Assembly (NCBI GenBank): GCA_041743105.1
Contig: JBGTNI010000047.1
Coordinates: 19,478-83,477 of the forward strand
Reading direction: 5' to 3'
From: Mycobacteriales bacterium
GTDB taxonomy: Bacteria; Actinomycetota; Actinomycetes; Mycobacteriales; QHCE01
Length of the DNA stretch: 64,000 bases
Shown: in pieces, positions 24,530-34,386 of the stretch
Numbering within the stretch: position 1 is the first letter of the stretch
Layout of the letters: every line of letters starts with the position of its first letter
Notes under the pieces: generated by a model
Told to the model about the DNA's origin: nothing
The model's input: the letters and a program-made list of their open reading frames with translations, nothing else
Database searches by the model: none
Translations under genes and position numbers: made by a program

Positions 24530-25488
24530 ACCCCGACACCGTTCTGGTGCTCACATCACCGCGTGACACTACCGCGGACCTCGTTGTCGCGGCGCTGGGC
24601 GAACGAAACGCCCCAGTCTTTCGCTGCGATACCGCGGAGTTTCTGCAGCAGCTGCGCTTCAGCGCCACTCTTTCCGCTGGTAGGGCAGCATGGTCGGGGC
24701 AGCTCCGCACTCCTCATCACAGCGTTTCGCTAGAGCAGATCCGCTGCGGCTACTACCGGCGCCCCAACGCCTTTAGTCCCGCCGAGAGCTTCGACGCCGG
24801 TACCCGCGACTGGATCAGTATGCAGGCACGTCTGGGATTTGGCGGAGTGCTCGCCGCCGGGATTCGCTGGCTCAACCATCCCAGTCGAATCGGTTACGCC
24901 GAGTACAAGCCAGTGCAGCTCGCCGCGGCGGCCCGCGCCGAGCTAGAGTTGCCATCCACGCTGATCACCAATGAACCGTCCGCGGCGGTCCGCTTTGCCG
25001 CCGACGTCGGGGAGCTGGTCTACAAGCCACTGTCCACCCCAGGCATCCCGGGTACGGCGGTGTACACCAACCGTGTCAGTGCGGCACAGCTGGACGATCC
25101 GACGATCGGCTAGACCGCTCACCTGTTCCAGCAGTGGATTGACAAACACCACGAGGTTCGACTGATCGTCGTAGACCAGCACTATGTTGCGACCGCGATC
25201 GCCGCTCATTCCGACGCCGCACAAGTGGACTGGCGTACCGACTATGCCGCACTGAGCTACCGACCCGTCGAAACGCCTCCGCACATCCGCGAGGGGGTGG
25301 CACGGCTGCTTCGCGACCTGGGTCTTCGGTTCGCTGCCATCGACTTCGCGGTGACCCCAGACGGCGAGTGGATATTTCTCGACCTCAACCCCAACGGGCA
25401 GTGGGCGTGGATCGCTAAGCACACCGATCTCGACCTTGCCGGGACGATTGCGGACGCCCTGCTTGCCGCCCCGCGCGAGGGTGATTAA
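24526..25488 (+). pseudogene. ATP-grasp ribosomal-peptide maturase interrupted by a single in-frame TAG
   Basis: ORFs 24526..25113 and 25225..25488 are in the same frame. Reading through the TAG at 25111..25113 gives one continuous 320-codon ATP-grasp-like sequence (...AAQLDDPTIG*TAHLFQQWIDKHHEVRLIVVDQHYVATAI...FAAIDFAVTPDGEWIFLDLNPNGQWAWI). The TTG start overlaps the precursor stop. Confidence 0.75.
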
Positions 25489-25533
25489 GGCTGTCTTATC
25501 GGGCCCGTGTTGCCTGGCGTTCTATAGGCCGTC

Positions 25534-26691
25534 TCAGCCCCGCACGGGGTGATTGCTGACCATACGCGCCTGACCCTTGCCTGCGACCACTTCTCCCAGC
25601 ACCCATGCATCGCAGTGCCGTGCTACCAGTAGAGCAAGCGCCGTACGCGCCTGCTCAGAGGGAACGATCGCCACCATCCCCACACCCATGTTGAACGTGC
25701 GGTCCATCTCCGTGGCAGCCACCAAGCCAGTGTGCGCAATGAGGTCGAAGATCGGCTGAGGCTGCCAGGTGGAACGGTCAACGATCGCGTCCACATCGCG
25801 CCGCAGCAGGCGGGCGACATTGCCTGGGATGCCTCCGCCGGTGATGTGCACAAACGTTCGCACATCGACCTCTTCGATTAGGGCCAAGCAGTCGGGTGAG
25901 TAAATGCGGGTGGGGGTGAGCAGTTCCTCGCCGAGCGTGCGCTGGTGCCCAAGGTCAGCGACCACATTGGAGAGCGGAAAGTCCGGATGGTTCAGCAGAA
26001 CGTGACGCACCAGCGAAAAGCCGTTGGAGTGCAGCCCCGATGAGCGCATCCCCAGCAAGATGTCGCCAGGTTGGATCCGGTCACCACCGAGCACGCGATC
26101 GGCGTCGACAACACCAACACCCGTCGCCGACAGGTCATAATCGTCGGGATGCATCACGCCGTTGTGTTCGGCGATCTCGCCACCGGTGAGCGCGCAACCG
26201 GCGTACCGACAGCCCTCGGCGATGCCACCGACGATGACGGATAGCTTCTCCGGCGTCACCGTACCGCAGGCGATATAGTCCTGCAGGAACAACGGTTCGG
26301 CTCCGCAGACCACCAGATCGTCGACGACCATGGCCACCAGGTCAATGCCGACGGTATCGTGTATGCCTAGCCGCTGCGCAATCACCAGCTTGGTGCCCAC
26401 ACCGTCGGTAGAGGAAGCCAGCAGCGGCTTGCGATACTTGGTGGTGTCAAGCGCGAACAGACTCGCGAATCCGCCCAGGTCGCCGACAACTTCAGGACGA
26501 TATGTCTTGTGAGCCTTGGGCTTGAACAGCTGCACCGCCCGCTCACCCGCTTCAAGATCTACGCCGGTATCGGCGTAGGTGACCCCAAAAGGGCTGGTGT
26601 AGGTGGTGACCTCGACCGGGTTACTACGGTTACCCGTCACAGGTAACGGCACCTCGTCAGCACTCGTGGTACCCCTTATGGTGTCACTCAC
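25534..26691 (-). CDS. purM: phosphoribosylformylglycinamidine cyclo-ligase (AIR synthetase)
   Basis: 385 aa with PurM motifs (DGVGTKL, GMRSSGLHSNGFSL). 4-nt overlap with the purF stop. Confidence 0.95.
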   Translation of the reverse strand: MSDTIRGTTSADEVPLPVTGNRSNPVEVTTYTSPFGVTYADTGVDLEAGERAVQLFKPKAHKTYRPEVVGDLGGFASLFALDTTKYRKPLLASSTDGVGTKLVIAQRLGIHDTVGIDLVAMVVDDLVVCGAEPLFLQDYIACGTVTPEKLSVIVGGIAEGCRYAGCALTGGEIAEHNGVMHPDDYDLSATGVGVVDADRVLGGDRIQPGDILLGMRSSGLHSNGFSLVRHVLLNHPDFPLSNVVADLGHQRTLGEELLTPTRIYSPDCLALIEEVDVRTFVHITGGGIPGNVARLLRRDVDAIVDRSTWQPQPIFDLIAHTGLVAATEMDRTFNMGVGMVAIVPSEQARTALALLVARHCDAWVLGEVVAGKGQARMVSNHPVRG

Positions 26692-28229
26692 GTAGTTCCC
26701 CTCCCGGTGTGTATCCGCCCCACGCTGCCGGCGAGTTCTGCCGTGTCTAGTGAGACGGTGCTATCCAATGGAATAGTCGCGCGTTCCAATAGGTTCTTTC
26801 CGATCCGATCGCGATCTGGAACGTCAATGGGGTACTCGCCGTCAAAACATGCTCGACAGAGCCGGGACGAGGGCTGCTCAGTCGCGGCGATCAAGCCTTC
26901 CAACGAGACGTAACCCAATGAGTCGGCTCCGATGGACTTACGTATCTCCTCCACACTGATGCCATTGGCGATCAACTCGGCCGGGCTGGCAAAGTCGATA
27001 CCGTAGAAGCACGGCCACTTCACCGGCGGCGACGAGATGCGGATATGCACCTCCAGCGCTCCGGACTCGCGCAGCATACGAACCAGCGCCCGTTGCGTGT
27101 TTCCCCGTATGATGGAGTCGTCGACGACTACGAGTCGCTTGCCACGAATCACGTCGCGCAGCGGATTGAGTTTGAGTCGAATGCCCAGCTGCCTGATGCT
27201 CTGTGACGGCTGGATGAAGGTGCGCCCCACGTAGGCGTTCTTCACTAAACCCAGTCCGTATGGGATGCCGCTTTGCTGGGCGTAGCCCACGGCCGCGGGC
27301 GTCCCCGACTCCGGCACTGGGATGACCAGATCGGCATCGGTGGGGTACTCACGGGCCAGAGTGCGTCCTACCTGCACCCGGGTAGCGTGCACGCTCCGGC
27401 CGGAGATGGTGGTGTCAGGGCGGGCGAGATACACGTATTCGAACAGACAGCCCTTGGGTGACGGGGAGGCGAAACTTTCGGACCGAAGACCGTCGGCATC
27501 GATCGCCAGCAACTCGCCTGGCTCGACTTCGCGTACGAACGACGCGCCAACGATGTCTAGTGCCGCCGTCTCGCTGGCAACCACCCAGCCGCTTTCCAGC
27601 CGACCGAGCACCAGTGGACGTACGCCGTGCCGGTCACGCGCGGCGTAGAGGGTCCGCTCGTCCATGAAGACGAAGCTGAAGGCGCCTCGCAACGTCGGCA
27701 ACACTTCGAGCGCTGTAGCTGCAATGCCGCAGCCACCATTGTCGGCCAGCAGCGCCGTCACCAGTGCGGTGTCGCTGGTGGAGACGGGACCATCGACGGC
27801 AAGTCGGCGATCGGCAACCTGCTTGGCCAGCTCGGCCGTGTTGACCAGGTTTCCGTTATGGGCCAGCGCGACCGTGGTGCCGCTCGGAGTGGATCGGAGC
27901 GTGGGCTGCGCGTTCTCCCACGTTGAGGCCCCGGTAGTGGAGTAGCGGGTATGGCCGATAGCGAGGGTGCCTTCCAGCGAGGCCAGAGTAGCTTCGTCGA
28001 AAACCTGGGCGACGAGCCCCATCTCCTTGTAGACCACCAGCCGCGCACCGTCACTGACGGCGATACCCGCCGACTCTTGACCGCGGTGCTGTAAGGCATA
28101 GAGGCCGAAGTACGTGAGTTTGGCGACCTCACCACCCGGTGACCACACACCGAAGATGCCGCACGCGTCCTGCGGACCTTTGTCGTGGGGGTTGAGGTCA
28201 TGTGTGAGTTTGCCGTCGCCTCTGGGCAC
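26688..28229 (-). CDS. purF: amidophosphoribosyltransferase
   Basis: 513 aa. It has the N-terminal nucleophile context ACGIFGVW, the GHTRYST motif, the PRPP-binding loop VVVDDSIIRGNT, and C-terminal Cys residues. Confidence 0.95.
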   Translation of the reverse strand: MPRGDGKLTHDLNPHDKGPQDACGIFGVWSPGGEVAKLTYFGLYALQHRGQESAGIAVSDGARLVVYKEMGLVAQVFDEATLASLEGTLAIGHTRYSTTGASTWENAQPTLRSTPSGTTVALAHNGNLVNTAELAKQVADRRLAVDGPVSTSDTALVTALLADNGGCGIAATALEVLPTLRGAFSFVFMDERTLYAARDRHGVRPLVLGRLESGWVVASETAALDIVGASFVREVEPGELLAIDADGLRSESFASPSPKGCLFEYVYLARPDTTISGRSVHATRVQVGRTLAREYPTDADLVIPVPESGTPAAVGYAQQSGIPYGLGLVKNAYVGRTFIQPSQSIRQLGIRLKLNPLRDVIRGKRLVVVDDSIIRGNTQRALVRMLRESGALEVHIRISSPPVKWPCFYGIDFASPAELIANGISVEEIRKSIGADSLGYVSLEGLIAATEQPSSRLCRACFDGEYPIDVPDRDRIGKNLLERATIPLDSTVSLDTAELAGSVGRIHTGRGTT

Positions 28230-28455
28230 ACCTTGATTCTAGTTGACAGCGTTTGCGCTCGTCATCAAGGCCCGTAAATCAGCCAAAGGGCTGACTGATA
28301 AGGACACCGCAAGCATGGTTGAATAGCATCATGAGTATTTCACAGCTTTCCCGGCAGCCTGGTTTCGACGCCGATGTAGCTGCGAACTGTATGTGTATGG
28401 CACTCCAGATGCGCTGCCGCTAGCGCTTGCCAGCTACTACCGGTTTGCTGCGCTG

Positions 28456-28547
28456 TTTACTAATCAGTACGAAAGTAGCTAGACAGGTACAGCCTCTGAC
28501 CTGAAAATTCAGCTACTTTCTCCACTGACTTAGTAACGATCTGCTCA
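28456..28547 (+). repeat. copy c of the 3-copy imperfect-palindromic element (plus-strand orientation, upstream of the 28629 gene)
   Basis: TTTACTAATCAGTACGAAAGTAGCTAGACAGGTACAGCCTCTGACCTGAAAATTCAGCTACTTTCTCCACTGACTTAGTAACGATCTGCTCAG. Nested stems are TTACTAATCAGT/ACTGACTTAGTAA, GAAAGTAGCT/AGCTACTTTC and CAGGT/ACCTG. Confidence 0.75.
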
Positions 28548-28628
28548 GTCGGCGTGACGTAACTCCCGCCGCTTTCTCGACAGACCAGTTCTGGCTCTCT
28601 TAAGCCCTCTGACCGCGTCGGCTCAGGC

Positions 28629-29423
28629 GTGTTAACGCCGCCGCCTCATTTCTGGACCATAGTGATGATCAGTCTCACCACACAGTCGCACACAGCGGCC
28701 GATACCGCGACCTATCTCGCACACTACCTGCGTCTGTTACCCGACGATGCTCACCGCGCGGCGATCCTTCGATTACTGCGACAACTGGAGCCCGCCGCGG
28801 CGGGCGAGCTCGCCGATTACCTTCGCCAACTGGACGTCAGCGTGGCGGCTGACCCTCGGTTTCGGGAGACCTACTTGTTCGCACCGCGACAATGGTCTTC
28901 CAGGACCCTCGAGCAGTTGGCGCTCCGCTGGGCGCACCCCGCGCTACGCCATTTGGTCTCAGTGCCTGAAAGCGTCACGAGGGAAGCCGCGACCACAGAT
29001 GCGGCGGCGGCCACACTGTTTTTCCGCGAACCTGGTGGCATCTCCGACATGTGGGTGCTTGCAATCCCCGAGGGTACTGAGGTAACGCTCGCCACGATGG
29101 GCTCGACGCTAGCGATCGCGCCGGTCGGGGATGTCGAGTTGGCTATGGACGGTCATCCGGTAGCCGGCTCCTCGGTGGCGGTGTCGCAGCAACGCACGGT
29201 CAGCGTCACACCGGCCAGCAGCCGCGGGCAGGGATGCTTGGCGATGGTGGTGGCTTCCAGGGCGCTGCTGGACACGGCGTCTGCTGCGCAATGGTTGACA
29301 TCGCACAGTGCCGGGGCACGGGCGGAACCTGTTAATGCCACAGCTGAGATACCGCGCTCGAAATATCAGCACGGACCCCGCTCAAACTCAATCGGCCTGC
29401 GGCACGCGCCTGCTCCCAGTTAA
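28629..29423 (+). CDS. hypothetical protein
   Basis: 264-aa ORF with a plausible composition: a helical N-terminal half and a beta-rich C-terminal half. I recognise no motif. The last ~90 nt overlap the convergent sterol-carrier-family gene, so the 3' end or the coding status is uncertain. Confidence 0.45.
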   Translation: MLTPPPHFWTIVMISLTTQSHTAADTATYLAHYLRLLPDDAHRAAILRLLRQLEPAAAGELADYLRQLDVSVAADPRFRETYLFAPRQWSSRTLEQLALRWAHPALRHLVSVPESVTREAATTDAAAATLFFREPGGISDMWVLAIPEGTEVTLATMGSTLAIAPVGDVELAMDGHPVAGSSVAVSQQRTVSVTPASSRGQGCLAMVVASRALLDTASAAQWLTSHSAGARAEPVNATAEIPRSKYQHGPRSNSIGLRHAPAPS

Positions 29424-29709
29424 GTCGCCCCGTTGCCAGCAGTAGCCACGTCAACGGATCAGTCTCCACCACGTTAGGAGGTGTGCCGCGTCGATGGTTG
29501 GGACCGCGAAAGCCCGCTCCCGGATCGCATTGCACTGCACCGTAGGGCGGTATCCTCAGCTCCACCGCGCGGCCCGGCGCGCGGTGCGCCAACGCGTGCA
29601 GCAGATGCAGCACAGCCGTCCGTAACATATCCGGCTCCGGCGCCTGTCCAGCGTCGACGGCCGACAGCGCCGCTCGCACCGCGTCAGGTGCTACGACGTA
29701 TTTGGGCAT
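29332..29709 (-). CDS. sterol carrier (bacterial SCP-like) family protein
   Basis: The ORF track gives 29332..29796. I prefer the ATG at 29709 (MPKYVVAPDAVRAAL...), which lies downstream of the purL stop. The C-terminus ...DPLTWLLLATGRLNWEQARAAGRLSLSGVRADIS is typical of the family found next to pur genes. Confidence 0.65.
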   Translation of the reverse strand: MPKYVVAPDAVRAALSAVDAGQAPEPDMLRTAVLHLLHALAHRAPGRAVELRIPPYGAVQCDPGAGFRGPNHRRGTPPNVVETDPLTWLLLATGRLNWEQARAAGRLSLSGVRADISSAVSQLWH

Positions 29710-29767
29710 ACGCGATCCTAAACACGGCGATCTGAGGGACGCCATCGCACAAAATGTCGCCTCGGCA

Positions 29768-32062
29768 TTAGCGCATCGCGAGCGGCACGGTGGCATGCGC
29801 CTGCGCCAGCTCGCTCAGGGTCACGGAGAACTCCCCGGCGATCTCCAACCGCCCCGAGTCGGTGACCGCTCCTAGCCGAGTAGCGAGCACTTCGTGCTGC
29901 CGGCAGAGCCGGTCGAACTGTTCGAAGTTCTGCTGCGAAACACACACCAGCGCCCGCGCGGCTGACTCGGAGAACAGCTGCGCAAAAACCTCATTTTCCG
30001 ACTCAGAACCAGTCGGTATCGTCACGGTGGCGCCGCGACCACTATGCAGACACGACTCCACCAGCGCTTGTGAGAGTCCGCCATCGGAGAGGTCATGCGC
30101 GCCGGTGAGTAAACGTGCCGAACCGGCTTGCGCAAGCAGCGCGGCCAGCGCGGCTTCGGCGGTAAGGTCCACCACCGGTGGGGTGCCGCCCAGATGCCGA
30201 TGGGTCACCCATGCCCATTCCGAACCAGAAAGCTCCTCGCGGGTCCGCCCAAGCAGTACCACCACATCGTCGAGTTGACCCAGTCCGCTCGGGATGCGCC
30301 GCGTCACGTCGTCGCTAATGCCCAGCACGCCGATCACCGGCGTGGGATGGATCGCAACGCTGCCGGTCTGGTTGTAGAAACTCACGTTTCCCCCTGTGAC
30401 GGGGATTCCCAGCGTCAAGCACCCGTCGGCCAACCCACGCACGGCCTCGGAGAACTGCCACATGACTTCTGGATCTTCGGGGCTGCCGAAGTTCAGACAG
30501 TTGGTCACCGCAGCTGGGCGGGCACCGCTGGTGGCCACGTTGCGATACGCCTCGGCAAGCGCAAGTTGCGCACCGACGTAAGGGTCAAGCCGGGTGTAGC
30601 GACCGTTACCGTCGGTAGCAAGCGCGATGCCCCGCTGCGTGGTCTCATCGATACGGAGCAGCCCGGCATCGGCAGGCTGGGCAAGCACGGTATTACCGCC
30701 CACGTAACGGTCGTACTGCTGCGTCACCGGAGCGCGACTGCACAGATTGGGGCTCGCCGCAAGCGTCAGCAGTGTTGCCCGCAACTGCTCCGAATCACTG
30801 GGCCGCGGTAGTAGTTCGGCAGCGTCGGCGCGCAGCGCCTCGAGGTCGGCGGGGCGGCGCATTGGGCGCTTATATACCGGACCGGCGTCGGCCAGGCTAG
30901 CCGGTGGCACATCCACCACAGGCTCGCCGTGCCAGGTGATCGTCAGCCGGTCACCCTCAGTGACCTCGCCGATGGCGGTAGCCTCTACACCCCAGCGCCG
31001 CGCCAGCGACAGCACCGTCGGCACGTCATCGGGCCGCACGACGGCAAGCATCCGCTCCTGGGATTCACTGGCCAGGATCTCGTGCGGAGCCATGCTCGCC
31101 TCGCGCAGCGGCACCCGCTCCAGCTCCACGTGCATCCCAGAACGTCCGGCGGCGGCGGTCTCGGTAGTGGCGCAGGTCAATCCGGCGCCACCCAGGTCTT
31201 GGATTCCGACCACGAGCTTGCGCTCGAACAGCTCCAGGCAGCACTCGATCAGGAGTTTCTCGGTGAACGGGTCGCCGACCTGCACGCTCGGCCGAGCCGC
31301 GGCCGCGTCGGCGTCGAAGCTGGCACTGGCGAGCACCGATACGCCGCCGATGCCGTCGCGTCCAGTGGCCGAGCCCAGCAGCACCACCGCGTTTCCGACC
31401 CCGGTGGCCGCCGAGCGCTGAATCTGCTCGATCGGCATCACACCTACACAGAGCGCGTTCACCAGCGGATTTCCCTGGTAGCTAGGGTCGAATACGACCT
31501 CGCCGCCAATGTTGGGCAGGCCCAGGCAGTTGCCGTATCCAGCGACGCCGGCGACCACGCCACGAACCACCCGAGCGGTGTCGGGTGCGTCGGCGGCACC
31601 GAAGCGCAGTGAGTCCATCACCGCGACCGGGCGCGCGCCCATGGTCAAAATGTCGCGGACGATGCCACCCACACCCGTCGCCGCGCCTTGGTAGGGCTCC
31701 ACATAGCTGGGGTGGTTGTGACTCTCGATTTTGAACGTCACGGCAAGCCCGTCGCCGACGTCGATCACCCCGGCGTTCTCACCCATACCCACCAGCATCA
31801 GCTCCGAGGGTGGGGCCTTCTCGCCGAATTGACGCAGGTGCACCTTGCTGGATTTATACGAGCAATGCTCACTCCACATCACCGAGTACATGGCCAGCTC
31901 GGTTTGGGTAGGTCTGCGGCCCAAAATCTCGCGGATGCGCGCGTATTCGTCGTCTCCCAGCCCCAGTTGGGCATACGGCTGCGGTAATTCGCCTGTCTGG
32001 ACGGCGTGAGCGACGGTGTCTACATCTACTGCTTGCGCGGCACCTATAGAACCAGTACTCAT
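29768..32062 (-). CDS. purL: phosphoribosylformylglycinamidine synthase subunit PurL
   Basis: 764 aa with typical PurL blocks ([32 protein letters not shown]). Confidence 0.95.
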   Translation of the reverse strand: MSTGSIGAAQAVDVDTVAHAVQTGELPQPYAQLGLGDDEYARIREILGRRPTQTELAMYSVMWSEHCSYKSSKVHLRQFGEKAPPSELMLVGMGENAGVIDVGDGLAVTFKIESHNHPSYVEPYQGAATGVGGIVRDILTMGARPVAVMDSLRFGAADAPDTARVVRGVVAGVAGYGNCLGLPNIGGEVVFDPSYQGNPLVNALCVGVMPIEQIQRSAATGVGNAVVLLGSATGRDGIGGVSVLASASFDADAAAARPSVQVGDPFTEKLLIECCLELFERKLVVGIQDLGGAGLTCATTETAAAGRSGMHVELERVPLREASMAPHEILASESQERMLAVVRPDDVPTVLSLARRWGVEATAIGEVTEGDRLTITWHGEPVVDVPPASLADAGPVYKRPMRRPADLEALRADAAELLPRPSDSEQLRATLLTLAASPNLCSRAPVTQQYDRYVGGNTVLAQPADAGLLRIDETTQRGIALATDGNGRYTRLDPYVGAQLALAEAYRNVATSGARPAAVTNCLNFGSPEDPEVMWQFSEAVRGLADGCLTLGIPVTGGNVSFYNQTGSVAIHPTPVIGVLGISDDVTRRIPSGLGQLDDVVVLLGRTREELSGSEWAWVTHRHLGGTPPVVDLTAEAALAALLAQAGSARLLTGAHDLSDGGLSQALVESCLHSGRGATVTIPTGSESENEVFAQLFSESAARALVCVSQQNFEQFDRLCRQHEVLATRLGAVTDSGRLEIAGEFSVTLSELAQAHATVPLAMR

Positions 32063-32733
32063 GTCACCAGCCTTTGCGCGATGGAGGTAAAGAACGCGAG
32101 CCCATCGGCCGATGGACCGGTGAGGGGGTCGATAGCGTGCTCCGGGTGCGGCATCAACCCGACGACGTTACCGGCCGCGTTACTCACCCCGGCAATGCGA
32201 CGTTGCGAACCGTTGGGGTCCTCGCCCGCGTATCGGGCGACGACGCGGCCTTCGGCTTCCAGCTCATCGAGGGTGGCGGTGTCGGCGACGTAGCGTCCTT
32301 CGCCATGCTTGATCGGGATGACCAGCTCCTGGCCAGGCAGATAGTTCTGTGTCCACGTCGTGGTGGTCCGCTCTATGACCAGTCGCTGATCCAGGCAGCG
32401 GAACCGCTGGTGTTGATTGCGGGTAAGCGCGCCGGGCAGCAGATGCGACTCGCAGAGCATTTGGAACCCGTTGCAGATGCCCAGCACTGGGAGGCCCCGC
32501 TGCGCCTGCGTCACGATGACACCCATCACGGACGCGAATCGGGCGATGGCGCCGCTGCGCAAGTAGTCACCGTAGGAAAAACCACCGGGAAGAATCACTG
32601 CGTCCACATCGTGCAGATTCGCGTCGGCATGCCAGAGGCTCACCGGCTGCGCTCCTGCCGCGGCTACCGCGCGCAGCGCGTCGCGGTCGTCGAGAGAGCC
32701 GGGAAATGTGACGACACCTACCCGTGGGCTCAT
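32059..32733 (-). CDS. purQ: phosphoribosylformylglycinamidine synthase glutaminase subunit PurQ
   Basis: 224 aa with the GATase-1 catalytic Cys context ([10 protein letters not shown]) and a C-terminal HPE. It has 4-nt overlaps with purS and purL. Confidence 0.95.
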   Translation of the reverse strand: MSPRVGVVTFPGSLDDRDALRAVAAAGAQPVSLWHADANLHDVDAVILPGGFSYGDYLRSGAIARFASVMGVIVTQAQRGLPVLGICNGFQMLCESHLLPGALTRNQHQRFRCLDQRLVIERTTTTWTQNYLPGQELVIPIKHGEGRYVADTATLDELEAEGRVVARYAGEDPNGSQRRIAGVSNAAGNVVGLMPHPEHAIDPLTGPSADGLAFFTSIAQRLVT

Positions 32734-33002
32734 GACACCGAACCGTGGCCGGCGATGGAGTCCTCGGTGCGCAGCGCAAAGTCTTCGATCACCGGATTGG
32801 CCAGCAACGTGCCTGCGATCCGTTCGATAGCGGCGCGCTGCGCGGGGTCGAGCTCTCCCTCGATCTCCAGCTCGAAACGCTTACCTTGACGCACGCTCGT
32901 CACGCCGGTGCAGCCCAGCGCGGGCAGCGCGGCGGCAATGGTGTGACCTTGCGGGTCGGAGATCTCGGGCTTGGGCATAACGTCGACGACGACGCGGGCC
33001 AT
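32730..33002 (-). CDS. purS: phosphoribosylformylglycinamidine synthase subunit PurS
   Basis: 90 aa. The sequence [19 protein letters not shown]...ANPVIEDF follows the PurS pattern, and the gene is coupled to purQ. Confidence 0.9.
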   Translation of the reverse strand: MARVVVDVMPKPEISDPQGHTIAAALPALGCTGVTSVRQGKRFELEIEGELDPAQRAAIERIAGTLLANPVIEDFALRTEDSIAGHGSVS

Positions 33003-33160
33003 AGGGGCAACTCCTACCGGTCAAATCGGCACGATGTGGATATGCGGCGAACTCTTTCAGCCTATCGCCGAACACAGCCGGTCCGAAGGCGGTAACACAA
33101 AATCGCCCAGCCACCACGGCGGGTACGGTGATCGGTGGGCCAGAACCGCGAGCTGCTCAA

Positions 33161-34312
33161 CTACTGCACCCCGCCGGCAACGGTGGTCAGGATTCCCTCA
33201 GCGAGAAAGAGCCTGGCGCGCCCGCGTGAGACGACCTCGGTAAGCACTCCAGCGGCGACGAGTTTGTTCACGTTGTACGTAGCCGACCGGTGGGTCACCC
33301 CGAGTAGAGTCACCGCCCGTTTAATGGTCATGGCAGGGGTTTCAAACAGCGCGTCTATCAACCGCGGCAGCAAACTGGACGCTTGCGCGCTCGTTACGCG
33401 TGCCCGGTACTCATCGCGCAAGGTTTGTAGCGCGACCGCGCGCCGCATCGCGTCTTGCGCCTGATGGGCCAACATCTCTAGAAAAAACCGCACCCATCCC
33501 GACCAATCTCCCTGCGTGCTGACCGCTAGCAGCCGGTCGTAGTACTCGTACCGACGTGGTTCTAGGTATGCCGACAGATCCAACAACGGTGCTGGCAGTA
33601 GTCCCCACTCCACGAGTAATAGCGTTACCAGCAGGCGTCCGACCCGACCGTTACCGTCGAGGAAGGGGTGGATCGCTTCGAATTGATAGTGCAGGCAAGC
33701 GATCGCGACCAGGGGCGGAAGCGTCTGTTCGACGTGAAGGTATTTCTCGAAAGCGTCCAAACATTCCCAGAGCCGCTCCGGGGGTGGCGGCACGAAAGTG
33801 GCGGTATCGAGCACACAGCCTGGCGGACCGATCCAGTTCTGTGAGCTGCGAAAATCGCCTGGCGTAGCGTACCCACCGCGAACGTCGGTCAACAGAATCC
33901 TGTGAGCTTCCCGCAGCAGCGGCAGACTCAGCGGCAAGCGGCGGTTTGGGCTAAGCACGTGTTCAAGCGCCGAAACGTAGTTAAGTACCTCGGCCACGTC
34001 TCCGTTGGGTCGAGCCGGCTGTTCTACCTCGAACATCACCAGCTCCGGCAACGTCGCTTGGGTACCTTCAATGCGGCTGGAGAGCACGGCTTCCCGCCGC
34101 ACAAGTGAATGCGCCAGCAGGCGAGCGCTAGGCATGGTATATCCGATTCCAGCCAGCCGGCCTACCGCCCGATCGGCCACCGAGAGAGCGCCTATCAGCC
34201 CAGCGTTGAACTCTAGGTCTGGCGGTAGCGGTGGCGGGACGAAGGCGTAATAGTCTCCTTCCGCACGTATCCGGTGTGTGCGCTGCGATGGCGCCAGAGT
34301 TGCGTTTCGCAC
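33161..34312 (-). CDS. fic: Fic-family protein (AMPylase-type) with Fic_N inhibitory motif and C-terminal winged HTH
   Basis: 383 aa. The canonical active site is HPFLDGNGRVGR. The N-terminal inhibitory-helix motif SxxxEG appears as LSSRIEGTQ. The C-terminal DNA-binding-like tail is TIKRAVTLLGVTHRSATYNVNKLVAAGVL. Confidence 0.9.
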   Translation of the reverse strand: MRNATLAPSQRTHRIRAEGDYYAFVPPPLPPDLEFNAGLIGALSVADRAVGRLAGIGYTMPSARLLAHSLVRREAVLSSRIEGTQATLPELVMFEVEQPARPNGDVAEVLNYVSALEHVLSPNRRLPLSLPLLREAHRILLTDVRGGYATPGDFRSSQNWIGPPGCVLDTATFVPPPPERLWECLDAFEKYLHVEQTLPPLVAIACLHYQFEAIHPFLDGNGRVGRLLVTLLLVEWGLLPAPLLDLSAYLEPRRYEYYDRLLAVSTQGDWSGWVRFFLEMLAHQAQDAMRRAVALQTLRDEYRARVTSAQASSLLPRLIDALFETPAMTIKRAVTLLGVTHRSATYNVNKLVAAGVLTEVVSRGRARLFLAEGILTTVAGGVQ

Positions 34313-34386
34313 TGATACCTTCTTACCACTAGTTAACGCTTGTGATACCTAGAGGACGTTTTGGTATCACTAACACTAGCTGATTT

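Noticed and set aside
25111-25113. The in-frame TAG in the ATP-grasp gene could be a recoded codon (pyrrolysine or programmed read-through).
   Set aside because: No pyl genes or recoding signals are visible in the window, and actinobacteria are not known to decode UAG as pyrrolysine. A nonsense mutation or a sequencing error is the simpler reading.
28331-28423. The 30-codon Cys-rich mini-ORF (MSISQLSRQPGFDADVAANCMCMALQMRCR) as a small peptide or RiPP gene.
   Set aside because: It has no Shine-Dalgarno sequence, no adjacent modifying enzyme and no conservation evidence available. I mention it only as context.
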